Assembly: GCA_963803805.1 (NCBI GenBank)
Contig: CAWDOD010000010.1
Location: 352,001 to 416,000 of the forward strand
DNA: 64,000 nucleotides
Origin: an uncultured cyanobacterium
Lineage (GTDB): Bacteria > Cyanobacteriota > Cyanobacteriia > Cyanobacteriales > CAWCAG01
Direction of reading: 5' to 3'
The translations under genes were made by a program, and so were the position numbers. The notes under the pieces were generated by a model, which had not been told where the DNA came from, searched no databases, and saw nothing but the letters and a program-made list of their open reading frames with translations. Shown piece after piece: positions 21,167 through 30,261 of the stretch (position 1 is its first letter; the number at the start of each line of letters is the position of its first letter).

Positions 21167-22023
21167 TGTACAATCGCCAAAATCCTGATGCTTGGCAGGT
21201 ATTGTATTTTGACCAAGCTATTCCTGTAGACTCTGTGGCTAAGGAATATATGATTGAAGACTTACAAAGTTGGACTCGTAATTACTTGCTTGTTCCTATC
21301 AAAGTTTTGGCTAACCTAATGTTAGCTTTAATTATGACTTTGAAGCGGTTGCTGCCCTTCCAATTTAAAGCCTATACTTTAATGCACCGTGTCGCTGTAT
21401 TTTTCTTACAAAACTTTGTTTCTCCGGCAGCTTGTTATTTAATTGTCAGACATATTTGCCTTGGCTCTAACATTGTCAATTTTCTTATTGATAATAGTCC
21501 TGATCCTCAAATCGAAAAATCACAACTCTATCCTTGCAAAATAGAAGATTTAGCTCAAAATGCTTTCTTAGAACATGACCTCATTCTCTATAACTTTGTT
21601 TGGGATTATAATCAAGCAGCAATTAAAAATCCTAACTGGTTAAAAGAAGTTCAAAAAAGAGGAATTGATTATAATGCTATTAGTCCTATAAAAGTAGAAA
21701 TAGATTTTAACAAAAATCGTTGGCTAAGGATTTTAGATTTAGAATCTGCTTTGGAACTATTCAAAGTTTTTTATTCTCTTTGCTTAACTAGCGAAGAATT
21801 TGCTAGGGCTGTTTTGTCACTACAACTTGATGAAAACTTTGCTATCTATGTAAGCAAACTAACAGGTGATTATAACTGGAACCATATTATCTCTAACCGT
21901 AATCCTCTAGCACCTAATAGCTCTTTTCAAGCATCTCGCAATTTAATGTTACATGGAGTCGTTACTGAATATTTACACCGTTACTTAGAAATAAGGAAAT
22001 ATGGAGGTATGAACAATGAATAA
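21166..22023 (+). CDS. Uncharacterised protein translationally coupled to the ketosynthase (possibly DUF6999-like)
   Basis: TAATG stop/start overlap at 21164-21168; RHICLGSN, FLEHDLILYNF motifs. Confidence 0.7.
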   Translation: MYNRQNPDAWQVLYFDQAIPVDSVAKEYMIEDLQSWTRNYLLVPIKVLANLMLALIMTLKRLLPFQFKAYTLMHRVAVFFLQNFVSPAACYLIVRHICLGSNIVNFLIDNSPDPQIEKSQLYPCKIEDLAQNAFLEHDLILYNFVWDYNQAAIKNPNWLKEVQKRGIDYNAISPIKVEIDFNKNRWLRILDLESALELFKVFYSLCLTSEEFARAVLSLQLDENFAIYVSKLTGDYNWNHIISNRNPLAPNSSFQASRNLMLHGVVTEYLHRYLEIRKYGGMNNE

Positions 22024-22121
22024 CTACTGATTTTAGTATTTGAAAGCCTCTCTCTTTTAGGGAGAAGAATATCAAGGCCATCAAGTTTGTGAAGTATTTG
22101 AAATAACGGCATTTACGATTT

Positions 22122-22718
22122 ATGTATCTAAAATTTTCCCAAGATATTGAATATTTACTTAAGGAACTAACTCATCAACCTCTTACCATTAAAGATGTTT
22201 TGCAAGAAACCTCCCAGCGAGGAATCACTTTGGTAATTGCTTTATTGATTTTACCTTTTTTAGTTCCTATGCCTCCCGGTTCAGCAAGTATTTTGGGTTT
22301 AGGATGCTTTTTATTAGCTATACAAATGGCTTTAGGTAAAAATAATTTATGGCTACCGAAAAGAGTAAGTAATTATCAGTTTCCTCAGAAAATCACCATT
22401 AAATTATTACAGAAACTTAGAAGTATTACTAAGTTTCTAGAAAAAATAGTTCGTCCTCGGTTATTGAGGCTATCTGAAAACAGTTATATTTGGCGGCTAA
22501 ATGGATTATGTATCGCTTGGCTAACCATTTTATTAATTTTGCCACTTCCTTTCACAAACTTCATGCCTACCATAGGCATTTTATTTTTAGCCATCGCGAT
22601 GTTAGAATCTGACGGTTTATTAATGTGTATTAGCTACTTCCTAAGCTTAATAATCACCCTAATATTCGCCTTTCTTGGCTACACTATTTTACAAACTTCT
22701 ACCTTCCTTTTAAACTAA
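22122..22718 (+). CDS. exoD: ExoD family exopolysaccharide biosynthesis membrane protein
   Basis: LPFLVPMPPG, LWLP, RPRL, LPLPFTNFMP, LESDG motifs. Confidence 0.85.
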   Translation: MYLKFSQDIEYLLKELTHQPLTIKDVLQETSQRGITLVIALLILPFLVPMPPGSASILGLGCFLLAIQMALGKNNLWLPKRVSNYQFPQKITIKLLQKLRSITKFLEKIVRPRLLRLSENSYIWRLNGLCIAWLTILLILPLPFTNFMPTIGILFLAIAMLESDGLLMCISYFLSLIITLIFAFLGYTILQTSTFLLN

Positions 22719-22783
22719 TTTTCTCTGTCTTTAATTGATTTTACGGCAATGGCAAGCCGTATGGGTTTTTATTTTTAATGCAC

Positions 22784-23470
22784 TTACGAACTTGCTTCTA
22801 AATAGTGTTTATGTTCTTCTAAATCAGCTAAAGCCTGTTCATCTTCAACTTGATTGAACTGTTCATAAAAGCGACTAACACTATGAAAAGGATGAGGACT
22901 TTCCAAAAGGATCAAGCGATCGCACCAGTTTCTGAGCTTGTCAACTAGTTCTCGTGGTGCTACAGGGGCGCAGATCCAGATTTGAGCAGGGGCATGGGTT
23001 CTCAGGGTTTGGATCGCCACCGCCATCGTCATTCCTGTGGCGATGCCATCATCTACTAAAATGGCGATCGCCCCTTGAGGGTTTATTTTGAGATCAAAAT
23101 CAGCAAATAAAAGGTGTTGACTTGCTGCCTTTTCTTGTGCCTTATATTGGGCAACTTTTAGTTGTTGAGGGCTTTGTTCTTTCAAGGTTTGAGAATATGC
23201 CCAAAGAACTTGTCCTTCGTTAGTTAGCGCACCAACAGCTAGTTCAGGATTTTGGGGCAAAGCGATTTTTTTAGCAACTACCACCTCCAAAGCACAATTG
23301 AGTTGTCGAGCTAAGGGAAGGGCAACACTAACACCACCTCTAGGAAGGGCATAAACTATGGGACTAGCCCAAATCCCTTCTAATCTTAGCTGAGTCATTT
23401 CCATGACTATTTTCTCAGCTAGTTGTTCTCCTGCACTGAGCCGATCCTTAAACTGAATAGCTGTTGACAT
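22784..23470 (-). CDS. Phosphoribosyltransferase family protein
   Basis: FKDRLSAG, ALPRGG, ILVDDGIATGMT PRPP-binding loop. Confidence 0.9.
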   Translation of the reverse strand: MSTAIQFKDRLSAGEQLAEKIVMEMTQLRLEGIWASPIVYALPRGGVSVALPLARQLNCALEVVVAKKIALPQNPELAVGALTNEGQVLWAYSQTLKEQSPQQLKVAQYKAQEKAASQHLLFADFDLKINPQGAIAILVDDGIATGMTMAVAIQTLRTHAPAQIWICAPVAPRELVDKLRNWCDRLILLESPHPFHSVSRFYEQFNQVEDEQALADLEEHKHYLEASS

Positions 23471-23690
23471 AGCTATTCCCCCCTCCCAAAATTGACATTA
23501 TTCTGCTATGTAAGCAGACAGTTTAATATTAATTCTTTTTTGGTAAAACAGATAACCACTTGTTTTGAATCTCTGTGTATAAGGGCAGGGAAAAACTATA
23601 CCTGTAAGTTGGCACTGAAGCGTTATAATCACAAGAACTGCGTAGGCAAAGCTCAACCTAGGCATCGCAAACTAGCAACTACTAAAGGCA

Positions 23691-24386
23691 ATGACCGAGG
23701 TTCAACAATTTAGTCTTTTTGATAACTCTGATATTGATAAGTCTCCCTCTCTTACGGAGTCTGAATTTGAGTTAATCCCTACAGATGCTAAGATCCCTAT
23801 TCCCCAAAATACTTATCAAAATCTAGAGCCGTTAACCAATCATTGTCAACAGTGCCAGCGTTGTGAACTAAGTGCAAGTCGTACTAATGTTGTTGTGGGA
23901 CGAGGTAATCACCAAGCAGATATAATGGTTATTGGTGAAGGACCTGGACAACAAGAAGATGAGACAGGTTTGCCTTTTGTAGGCAAGTCTGGACAATTAT
24001 TAGAAAAAATTTTAGCTTCCGTTAAACTGGATACGGAACAAGATATTTACATTGCTAACGTAGTTAAATGTCGTCCTCCTGGTAATAGAACTCCAGTAAC
24101 CAAAGAAATTGAGTCTTGCAAGCCCTATCTTTTAGAGCAAATTCGCTTGATAGATCCTAAGATTATTCTATTTACAGGTGCAACTGCTTTGAAGGCGTTG
24201 ACAGGGGAAAAAAGAGGTATTACTAAAGTGCGGGGTCAATGGTTAGAATGGCAAGGTAGAGCTTGTATGGCAATTTTTCATCCTGCTTATTTATTGCGCA
24301 ATCCTTCACGGGAAAAAGGTAAGCCGAAGTGGTTGATGTGGCAAGATATTCAGAATGTAGCTCAAAAGTTAGCAGAGTTAAGGTGA
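23691..24386 (+). CDS. Uracil-DNA glycosylase family 4 (Fe-S)
   Basis: CQRCEL, GEGPG, PFVG, VKCRPPGNR, HPAYLLR. Confidence 0.93.
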   Translation: MTEVQQFSLFDNSDIDKSPSLTESEFELIPTDAKIPIPQNTYQNLEPLTNHCQQCQRCELSASRTNVVVGRGNHQADIMVIGEGPGQQEDETGLPFVGKSGQLLEKILASVKLDTEQDIYIANVVKCRPPGNRTPVTKEIESCKPYLLEQIRLIDPKIILFTGATALKALTGEKRGITKVRGQWLEWQGRACMAIFHPAYLLRNPSREKGKPKWLMWQDIQNVAQKLAELR

Positions 24387-25069
24387 TTTTTCACATTGGG
24401 AAGATAAAATAGTCAGCTCTACCAAACTTGCAATGTGAAACTGTTAGAAAATGGTTAGGGTGAGCCTTGTCTTGAATGTCAAGGTGAAAATAGGTCAGGA
24501 AAACAGTTTTTAGGAACGCAGCTTTTCCACCATATACAGAATATCATGTCAAGGAAGAAAAGTTCAAGGCTTTTGCATAATTTAATATCAATAAGCAAAA
24601 CTTTTCTTTTTAATAGTTAAGGTTTAAATCATTTAAACACAAGCGATTTTCAGCTCTCTTTGTGAAGTTATGTTAATAACGGGTCAATAGGGTTTTGAGA
24701 AGAGTTTCTTTGGTAATAGAATAAATCAAGATTTATAAACAGTGATAATATTGCCACTCTTATACCCAAAATAACTTTTAACTGAGCAAAACCACTAGGG
24801 AATAAGGGTTTGCCTTCAATTGGACAGGTTAAGAAAAGGAATTTTGCACTACTATAAGCCAAAGGAAAATACTTTTTTGGAGGCCTATATTTGACGACCC
24901 ATTGACAAAATATAGATTTAATGGTTAGTGAGTTCTGTTAAATTTAGCAAAAATATTATCTACTATTTCTATTTTGTTTGTACCAGATAATTATTAAGAA
25001 ATACAGCTTGCCTTAGTTAATTCAATAATATGTCTTTCAAATGCACAAGCAGCTTATTAATCCCGCATC

Positions 25070-25984
25070 CTAACTTTTCAACCTATTCTTAACTTTACGC
25101 AACACCTTTTTGAAAAGACTAGGTTCTTGTTTTGGTACAGAAACTTGAGGGGGTTTCTCTTCTCCTTGATAACGGTAATATTCCCATAATTCTCGATAGG
25201 GTGCGCCGGATTTCATGGGTGTACCAGCCCAGTGTAAATACTTTAAACGCCTTTGCCCATCATATAAAATATGCTCTTTTTCTCGGAAGTGAGGAGAACC
25301 TGCCCAACTTCCTGGTTCCCCTGGATTTAATTTAACCAAATTTAAACGTTTATCCGTAGATTTGAGAACTACATAATTAAGAATTGGCTGATCCGTTGTG
25401 TTATGGGAAAAATCAAAATATTCTCGATGGGCAGCACATTCTTTTAACATCTCATACATTTGTTGTTCAGAAAAAATGCCCTTTTTACTTGCCCAAAAAC
25501 CACTATTAAAAACATCTTGTAATTCTGTTTCGGTAAAGATACCTTGTTCTTTGATATCAGGAGCAAAAATATCTATCAATCCTCGTCCCGAATGATGATA
25601 ATCACAACATAAAAACTCGTACTCGTTGAGATAATCTAAAACCTGAGCTATTTTTTCAAAAACAATTATATCTGTATCAATATAAAGAAATTCATCTAAA
25701 GGCCCAAACCAAAAAACAAACTTACGCATCTTATTTGGTAAGGCAAGAAAGTCTCGATCAAATATTTCTCCGACTTTGCTCGTAAAATTATTAACAAAAT
25801 CTAAATCAGGAAAAACTTCTACACCGTGACGTTTTTTTAATTCCTGAGCAACTTGCTGATATTGGTCATTAAAAGGAACTAAAAATACTTTTACATCAGG
25901 GTCATAATACCGAATGCTATTTAAAAGTGCGATTCCATTATCAATCACCTTATCATTGGCAACTATATAAATTCCGCGAGTCAT
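25070..25984 (-). CDS. GT-A fold glycosyltransferase-like protein (Npun_R2821/R2822-type)
   Basis: YIDTD (DxD), FNSGF, DQPILNY, LHWAG, as in GT8-like enzymes. Confidence 0.75.
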   Translation of the reverse strand: MTRGIYIVANDKVIDNGIALLNSIRYYDPDVKVFLVPFNDQYQQVAQELKKRHGVEVFPDLDFVNNFTSKVGEIFDRDFLALPNKMRKFVFWFGPLDEFLYIDTDIIVFEKIAQVLDYLNEYEFLCCDYHHSGRGLIDIFAPDIKEQGIFTETELQDVFNSGFWASKKGIFSEQQMYEMLKECAAHREYFDFSHNTTDQPILNYVVLKSTDKRLNLVKLNPGEPGSWAGSPHFREKEHILYDGQRRLKYLHWAGTPMKSGAPYRELWEYYRYQGEEKPPQVSVPKQEPSLFKKVLRKVKNRLKS

Positions 25985-25994
25985 TGATTTATCC

Positions 25995-26999
25995 TCACTT
26001 TTTCAAACCTAATTTTTTTAACACTTTAGTTTGAAAACTAGGAGGTGGATTAACAGCTTGAGGTTTGCCAGTAAATTGAGGGCGATTTTGAGGTTCGTGA
26101 AGATAGCGATAATGTAAAAAAATATCTCTATAAGCTACTTCCAGATTCTCCCCTTGACATAACCTAGTAAAGGCTTTAGAAGAGACACCAATATAGTGAA
26201 GATAGGTAACTCTTGCCCCTTTATCATAAAGTAAATTATCTTTTTCTTCAAAATGGGTTGAAGTAACTGCACAACCTGTAACCTGCTCTTTAGGTAAAGT
26301 GAAAGATAAGTTGCAAAGAGGAATTTCTCCTCGCATCCTCATATAATTTAAAACCGATTGATTAGGGGCATTCAAATAAAGAACTTCCGCTTCATTTTTC
26401 TTAAGCTGCTCAATTAGCCAAGCTCTTTTTTCTGGCGGAAAAATACCCTTTTTTGCACCAAAACAGCCAGAACAAAATATTTCTGAACGAACTTTCTCTT
26501 CTGGGAAAACTTCAAACAATCGAGGAGAATCTACATTGAAAATATGATAAGGATCTTTGTACTGAAAGTCATAAATTACAAAATCATAATCACCTAGTTT
26601 CTCAAACATAAAATCTAGGGAATTAAGCACTAAAACATCAGCATCAAAATAAATAAACTGGTCAAAATCACTCCGTTCATCAAAAGCAAAGTAGCGGCGA
26701 TTACAAGCTAAACGATTGACCCCTTCAATGCCCTTTTCTTGCCACATCTTCAGAGCATAGGGATGGGTTTGCCAAACTTGTCCAGAAAATTCTTCCCAAG
26801 GTATAAATAAGCTCGGATCTTCAAGTAATTCAACATTCTTTCTCTTCTTTACTTCTGAGCGTACCTTATCTAAGCGTTCATCAAAAGCAACTACGCGAAC
26901 CGGGAATTCTGCACCAACATTAACTTCAATACTATTGAGGAGGGCAACAAGTTGATCGTAAACAACATCATTAGCTAAGGTGTATATACCTTGGGTCAT
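25995..26999 (-). CDS. GT-A fold glycosyltransferase-like protein (Npun_R2821/R2822-type), paralog of the adjacent gene
   Basis: GIYTLAND, YFDAD (DxD), QSVLNY, YLHYIG. Confidence 0.75.
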   Translation of the reverse strand: MTQGIYTLANDVVYDQLVALLNSIEVNVGAEFPVRVVAFDERLDKVRSEVKKRKNVELLEDPSLFIPWEEFSGQVWQTHPYALKMWQEKGIEGVNRLACNRRYFAFDERSDFDQFIYFDADVLVLNSLDFMFEKLGDYDFVIYDFQYKDPYHIFNVDSPRLFEVFPEEKVRSEIFCSGCFGAKKGIFPPEKRAWLIEQLKKNEAEVLYLNAPNQSVLNYMRMRGEIPLCNLSFTLPKEQVTGCAVTSTHFEEKDNLLYDKGARVTYLHYIGVSSKAFTRLCQGENLEVAYRDIFLHYRYLHEPQNRPQFTGKPQAVNPPPSFQTKVLKKLGLKK

Positions 27000-27426
27000 A
27001 AAATTACCTAGAAGCTAGGAACATATCCACAGTATGGCTTAGCTTGCTTGAGGTTGGCAATAGCTACGGAGTGGGGAGCAGAGAATAAGGAGTAATTATC
27101 TTTTCTTTTCTAACATTGTAATTACTTCCATAACTCCATCATCGCTGCTTTCAGTGTTGCAATACTTATCTCAATTTTGCTGCAAATTACCTGGATTTCT
27201 TAGGGATGTTTGTGCTATAATTATCTCAATTAGAGAAAAATTAATCTCAATAAAAAAATATTTCTTATGGCGACGAGGTAGGGGCTTTCTTAAAATGGAC
27301 ATAGAAGGTAAACATCTAGCCTACCTGCTAATAATCTCAACTATGATTAGCAATACAACAAAACCAAAACTACTCACACTTCATTTGTAGCCTCGTTTTT
27401 CCATCGCCTGGCAACTAAAATCTTCT

Positions 27427-27480
27427 GTCGGGATGTTGGCATATTCTATCCTTAACAAAGGCTACGCCAACGCCCCGACA
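27427..27480 (-). terminator. Hairpin downstream of the porin gene
   Basis: Imperfect inverted repeat TGTCGGGATGTTGGC ... GCCAACGCCCCGACA. Confidence 0.55.
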
Positions 27481-27495
27481 ATATTTCTGTGAATC

Positions 27496-29160
27496 TTAGA
27501 AACTAAAGGTAGTACGAATAGTACCAATTACTTGGTCTTCGTTATTATTGTTATGATCTGGGGCTGTTACCCAAATAAGTCCTGGGGTAATGGCAATATT
27601 ATCTGATAATTGATATTGGTAAAAGGCTTCTATATGCAATCCTGTATCTTGGTCTTCATTGTTTCCCGATGCTAAAACAATGTTAGAATCCGTTACCTTG
27701 GGTTCCATACCCACCACAATACCACCCAGGCTGCCTTCTTTGCCTAAATCGGGGAAACCTAGAGTAACCGCCCAATTCCAAATATCTAAGTTACCGCGAG
27801 TCAAAGCTGTAGTATTTGTACCCAAAGTGCCAGCATTAGTATAACCAGCCCATCCTCCAAGCACAAACTTATCACTCAATTGCCATGACAATTCGACACC
27901 ATAGGAGTTGTGGTAAGTAGGTACAGAGGTAGGTATTGCCGTAGCAAAGCCAGCAAAATCAGCTAAACGACTGCCTGTACCCGTAGCCAGGGAGTTATAA
28001 CCATGGAGATAAGTTAATCCTACGTTGAGTCCTGAGATAGGTTGGAAAACCGCTTGCCCAAAAGCAGTATAAGCCCCGTCAAATAAGCCATTACCAGCAC
28101 TAGGATCATTATGATTATTCGCTGCATAACCAAAGGCAACCTCTACTTTCTCTCCTAAACGAGTTGCAACACCAACTCCTGCACCCTCAAAGGGATAATA
28201 GATAGGGTTGCGAGTACCAAATACAGATATAGAACCTTCTGCACCGTCGCCATCTAGCAAGTTAACAGTACTGGCAAAGTCATCGGAAGCACCCCCTGCT
28301 GCGAGGATTACTACTTCTGTATTATCCCCAAAGGGAAAGCTATATTTGAGGACTTCCAAAGCCACATTACTATCTTCAGGTTGGGCAAAGCTAACATCTC
28401 CTTCAGTAGTTCCGGTTACGCTGGAAAATTCGGGAAATGTACCTGTGGCTAGTCGGGTGAAAAGTAAGTCTTCCCCGGTGAAGCTGGTTTCTAGTTCTAA
28501 GCGAGTGCGATGACCGAACACCGTTGTTTCATTAGCTTCGGTACTGGTTTCAACATTATCTCCAGAAAAGAGGCTACCAAGACCAAAAACCACCTGTCCC
28601 ACAAGTTTGCTAGTGGTGGAAAATTGCTGATCTTCGACAAAAGCAACACGACTTTCTAAGTCATCTACCCTAGCTCCTAAAGTTGCTAATTCTGCCTCAA
28701 ATTCTTGAACTAAACGCCGTAGGGTTGCTAAATCCCCATCTTCAAGATTACCTGTACCTATGTTAGTTTCAATGTACTCCATACAGCGACTGAGGGCTGC
28801 TGCAAATTCGTAGCGAGTAATATTGCGTTGACCCTTGAAAGTGCTGTCAGGATAGCCGACAATACAACCGTATTTATCTACCATCTTTTCTACAGCTTCG
28901 TACCAAAATGGGTCAATATCTGTCAACTGGTTGACGCTGGTTACTTGGTCTAGGGATTCTGAAGATTGTCCTTGCCCTTCATTACCATAGCGAATAACAT
29001 CTTCTAATAAGTTGCCTTCATCACTATCAGGAGAAACCTGAGCTAACAATTGGTCGCTTTCTAAATCTGCTGCTTGGGCGATTCCAGCACTTAAAAAGCT
29101 TATGCTGATTGCTGCGGAACTAAATAGACAAACTGATAACAGGGTTTTGATTTTGCTCAT
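27496..29160 (-). CDS. Cyanobacterial outer-membrane porin (SLH domain + OprB-type barrel)
   Basis: Signal peptide, QVTSVNQL, YGCIVGYPD..TRYEFAA (SLH), coiled coil, QFSTTSKL, C-terminal RTTFSF. Confidence 0.93.
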   Translation of the reverse strand: MSKIKTLLSVCLFSSAAISISFLSAGIAQAADLESDQLLAQVSPDSDEGNLLEDVIRYGNEGQGQSSESLDQVTSVNQLTDIDPFWYEAVEKMVDKYGCIVGYPDSTFKGQRNITRYEFAAALSRCMEYIETNIGTGNLEDGDLATLRRLVQEFEAELATLGARVDDLESRVAFVEDQQFSTTSKLVGQVVFGLGSLFSGDNVETSTEANETTVFGHRTRLELETSFTGEDLLFTRLATGTFPEFSSVTGTTEGDVSFAQPEDSNVALEVLKYSFPFGDNTEVVILAAGGASDDFASTVNLLDGDGAEGSISVFGTRNPIYYPFEGAGVGVATRLGEKVEVAFGYAANNHNDPSAGNGLFDGAYTAFGQAVFQPISGLNVGLTYLHGYNSLATGTGSRLADFAGFATAIPTSVPTYHNSYGVELSWQLSDKFVLGGWAGYTNAGTLGTNTTALTRGNLDIWNWAVTLGFPDLGKEGSLGGIVVGMEPKVTDSNIVLASGNNEDQDTGLHIEAFYQYQLSDNIAITPGLIWVTAPDHNNNNEDQVIGTIRTTFSF

Positions 29161-29209
29161 TAACTCACACCTTAAAGAGTAAATATGCTAATTGAGATTC
29201 CAAGCGGTC

Positions 29210-29232
29210 TTTATGATAATGATTATCATAAA
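29210..29232. promoter_or_regulatory. Fur-family (Zur/Fur) operator upstream of the porin
   Basis: Perfect 11-1-11 palindrome TTTATGATAAT-G-ATTATCATAAA containing the 7-1-7 core TGATAATnATTATCA. Confidence 0.85.
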
Positions 29233-29529
29233 TGATTGAAAATGGATGGGGCAAAATTAAGTCGAGTACTAAGTTTATATTTATTGCTACTATTTAGCAA
29301 TAGTAAAAGAAGCTCTTATCAAAAGTAAGTAGTTGTAAACATCTCTTGATTTCCTGCTATAAAAGGACTTTGTAGAAAAAGTCATGATAAAAACCAAGTT
29401 TTATTTAAGTTCATTTTGCATTAAGATAACCTGCCTACTGAGAGTTAGAAGATATATAGCTTACCCTTGGGTACAAATGTACTATAATAAAGAAAGCAAC
29501 GAGTTAACCCTTCACCTTCATCTGTAGCT

Positions 29530-29799
29530 ATGATTAAGCATTACGTTCTTACCCTCAACCCCGAAGCACAGTATGACTGGGAACAGTCCAATTTAAGGGA
29601 ACCCATTACAGGCGATCGCCCAGATTTAACGGCTATGCTTGCTGAAGCAGTGGATAATCAACCAGGATCTTATTTAATTTCGGTAAATGTGGAAGTTAAA
29701 GTTTTAGAAAAAGTGACGACACATGATTACAAGCAGCTTTCTCTCGATTTACCAAAACTTTCTTCAGCAACCCAACTAGAAGAGTTGATGGCATCTTAA
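29530..29799 (+). CDS. Hypothetical cyanobacterial protein
   Basis: 89-aa ORF; upstream TATAAT -10; GSYLISVNVEVKVLE beta segment. Confidence 0.7.
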   Translation: MIKHYVLTLNPEAQYDWEQSNLREPITGDRPDLTAMLAEAVDNQPGSYLISVNVEVKVLEKVTTHDYKQLSLDLPKLSSATQLEELMAS

Positions 29800-29858
29800 A
29801 CATACAGATTAAATAGGGCAGGCAATGTTTGCCCTACCATTCTATTTTGTGTGGAAAC

Positions 29859-29911
29859 AAAAAAAGGAGAGCCACTTAATGTAACTCTCCCAGTCATCAG
29901 GGTGCATCTAC
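29859..29911 (-). ncRNA. Putative sRNA, copy 1 (NsiR1-like 5' end GTAGATGCACCCTGAT)
   Basis: Own promoter (GTGACA-17 nt-TATTCT, extended TG) and terminator (GGAGAGTTAC/GTGGCTCTCC + T7); duplicated 223 bp away. Confidence 0.7.
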
Positions 29912-30081
29912 GCAAACTAGAATAACATACTTTTTGAGGGGTGTCACCCCCTATGGGAGTTTTTGCTGTTAACTTCTTTTAATCACTAATAATAATACGC
30001 AAATACTAATTCCGTTTCTACCAAAGAGAAATTCACAACTCCAAAAGCTCTTGTGGGGAGTTATCTAGGCTTTTAGACAAC

Positions 30082-30134
30082 AAAAAAAGGAGAGCCACTT
30101 AATGTAACTCTCCCAGTCATCAGGGTGCATCTAC
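30082..30134 (-). ncRNA. Putative sRNA, copy 2
   Basis: 30079-30155 is identical to 29856-29932; promoter GTGACG-17 nt-TATTCT. Confidence 0.7.
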
Positions 30135-30261
30135 GCAAACTAGAATAACATACTTATCAAGGTACGTCACCCCCTAATGGTATTTTTTTGTAAGCCATTT
30201 GGTTTGCCATAAACATTTTTACCTAAGTACATATTCGAGGGTATTTTCCTTACCCATCACA

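Noticed and set aside
23492-23713. 73-aa ORF upstream of the UDG gene
   Set aside because: Spans a divergent promoter region; starts at the TTG of a TTGACA box
24668-24862. 64-aa ORF in the AT-rich spacer after the UDG gene
   Set aside because: Weak start, no motif, low-complexity composition
27154-27390. 78-aa ORF between the glycosyltransferases and the porin
   Set aside because: GTG start without RBS and no recognisable features
29856-30155. Direct repeats considered as a CRISPR array
   Set aside because: Only two 77-bp units, each with promoter and terminator; wrong size and no cas genes
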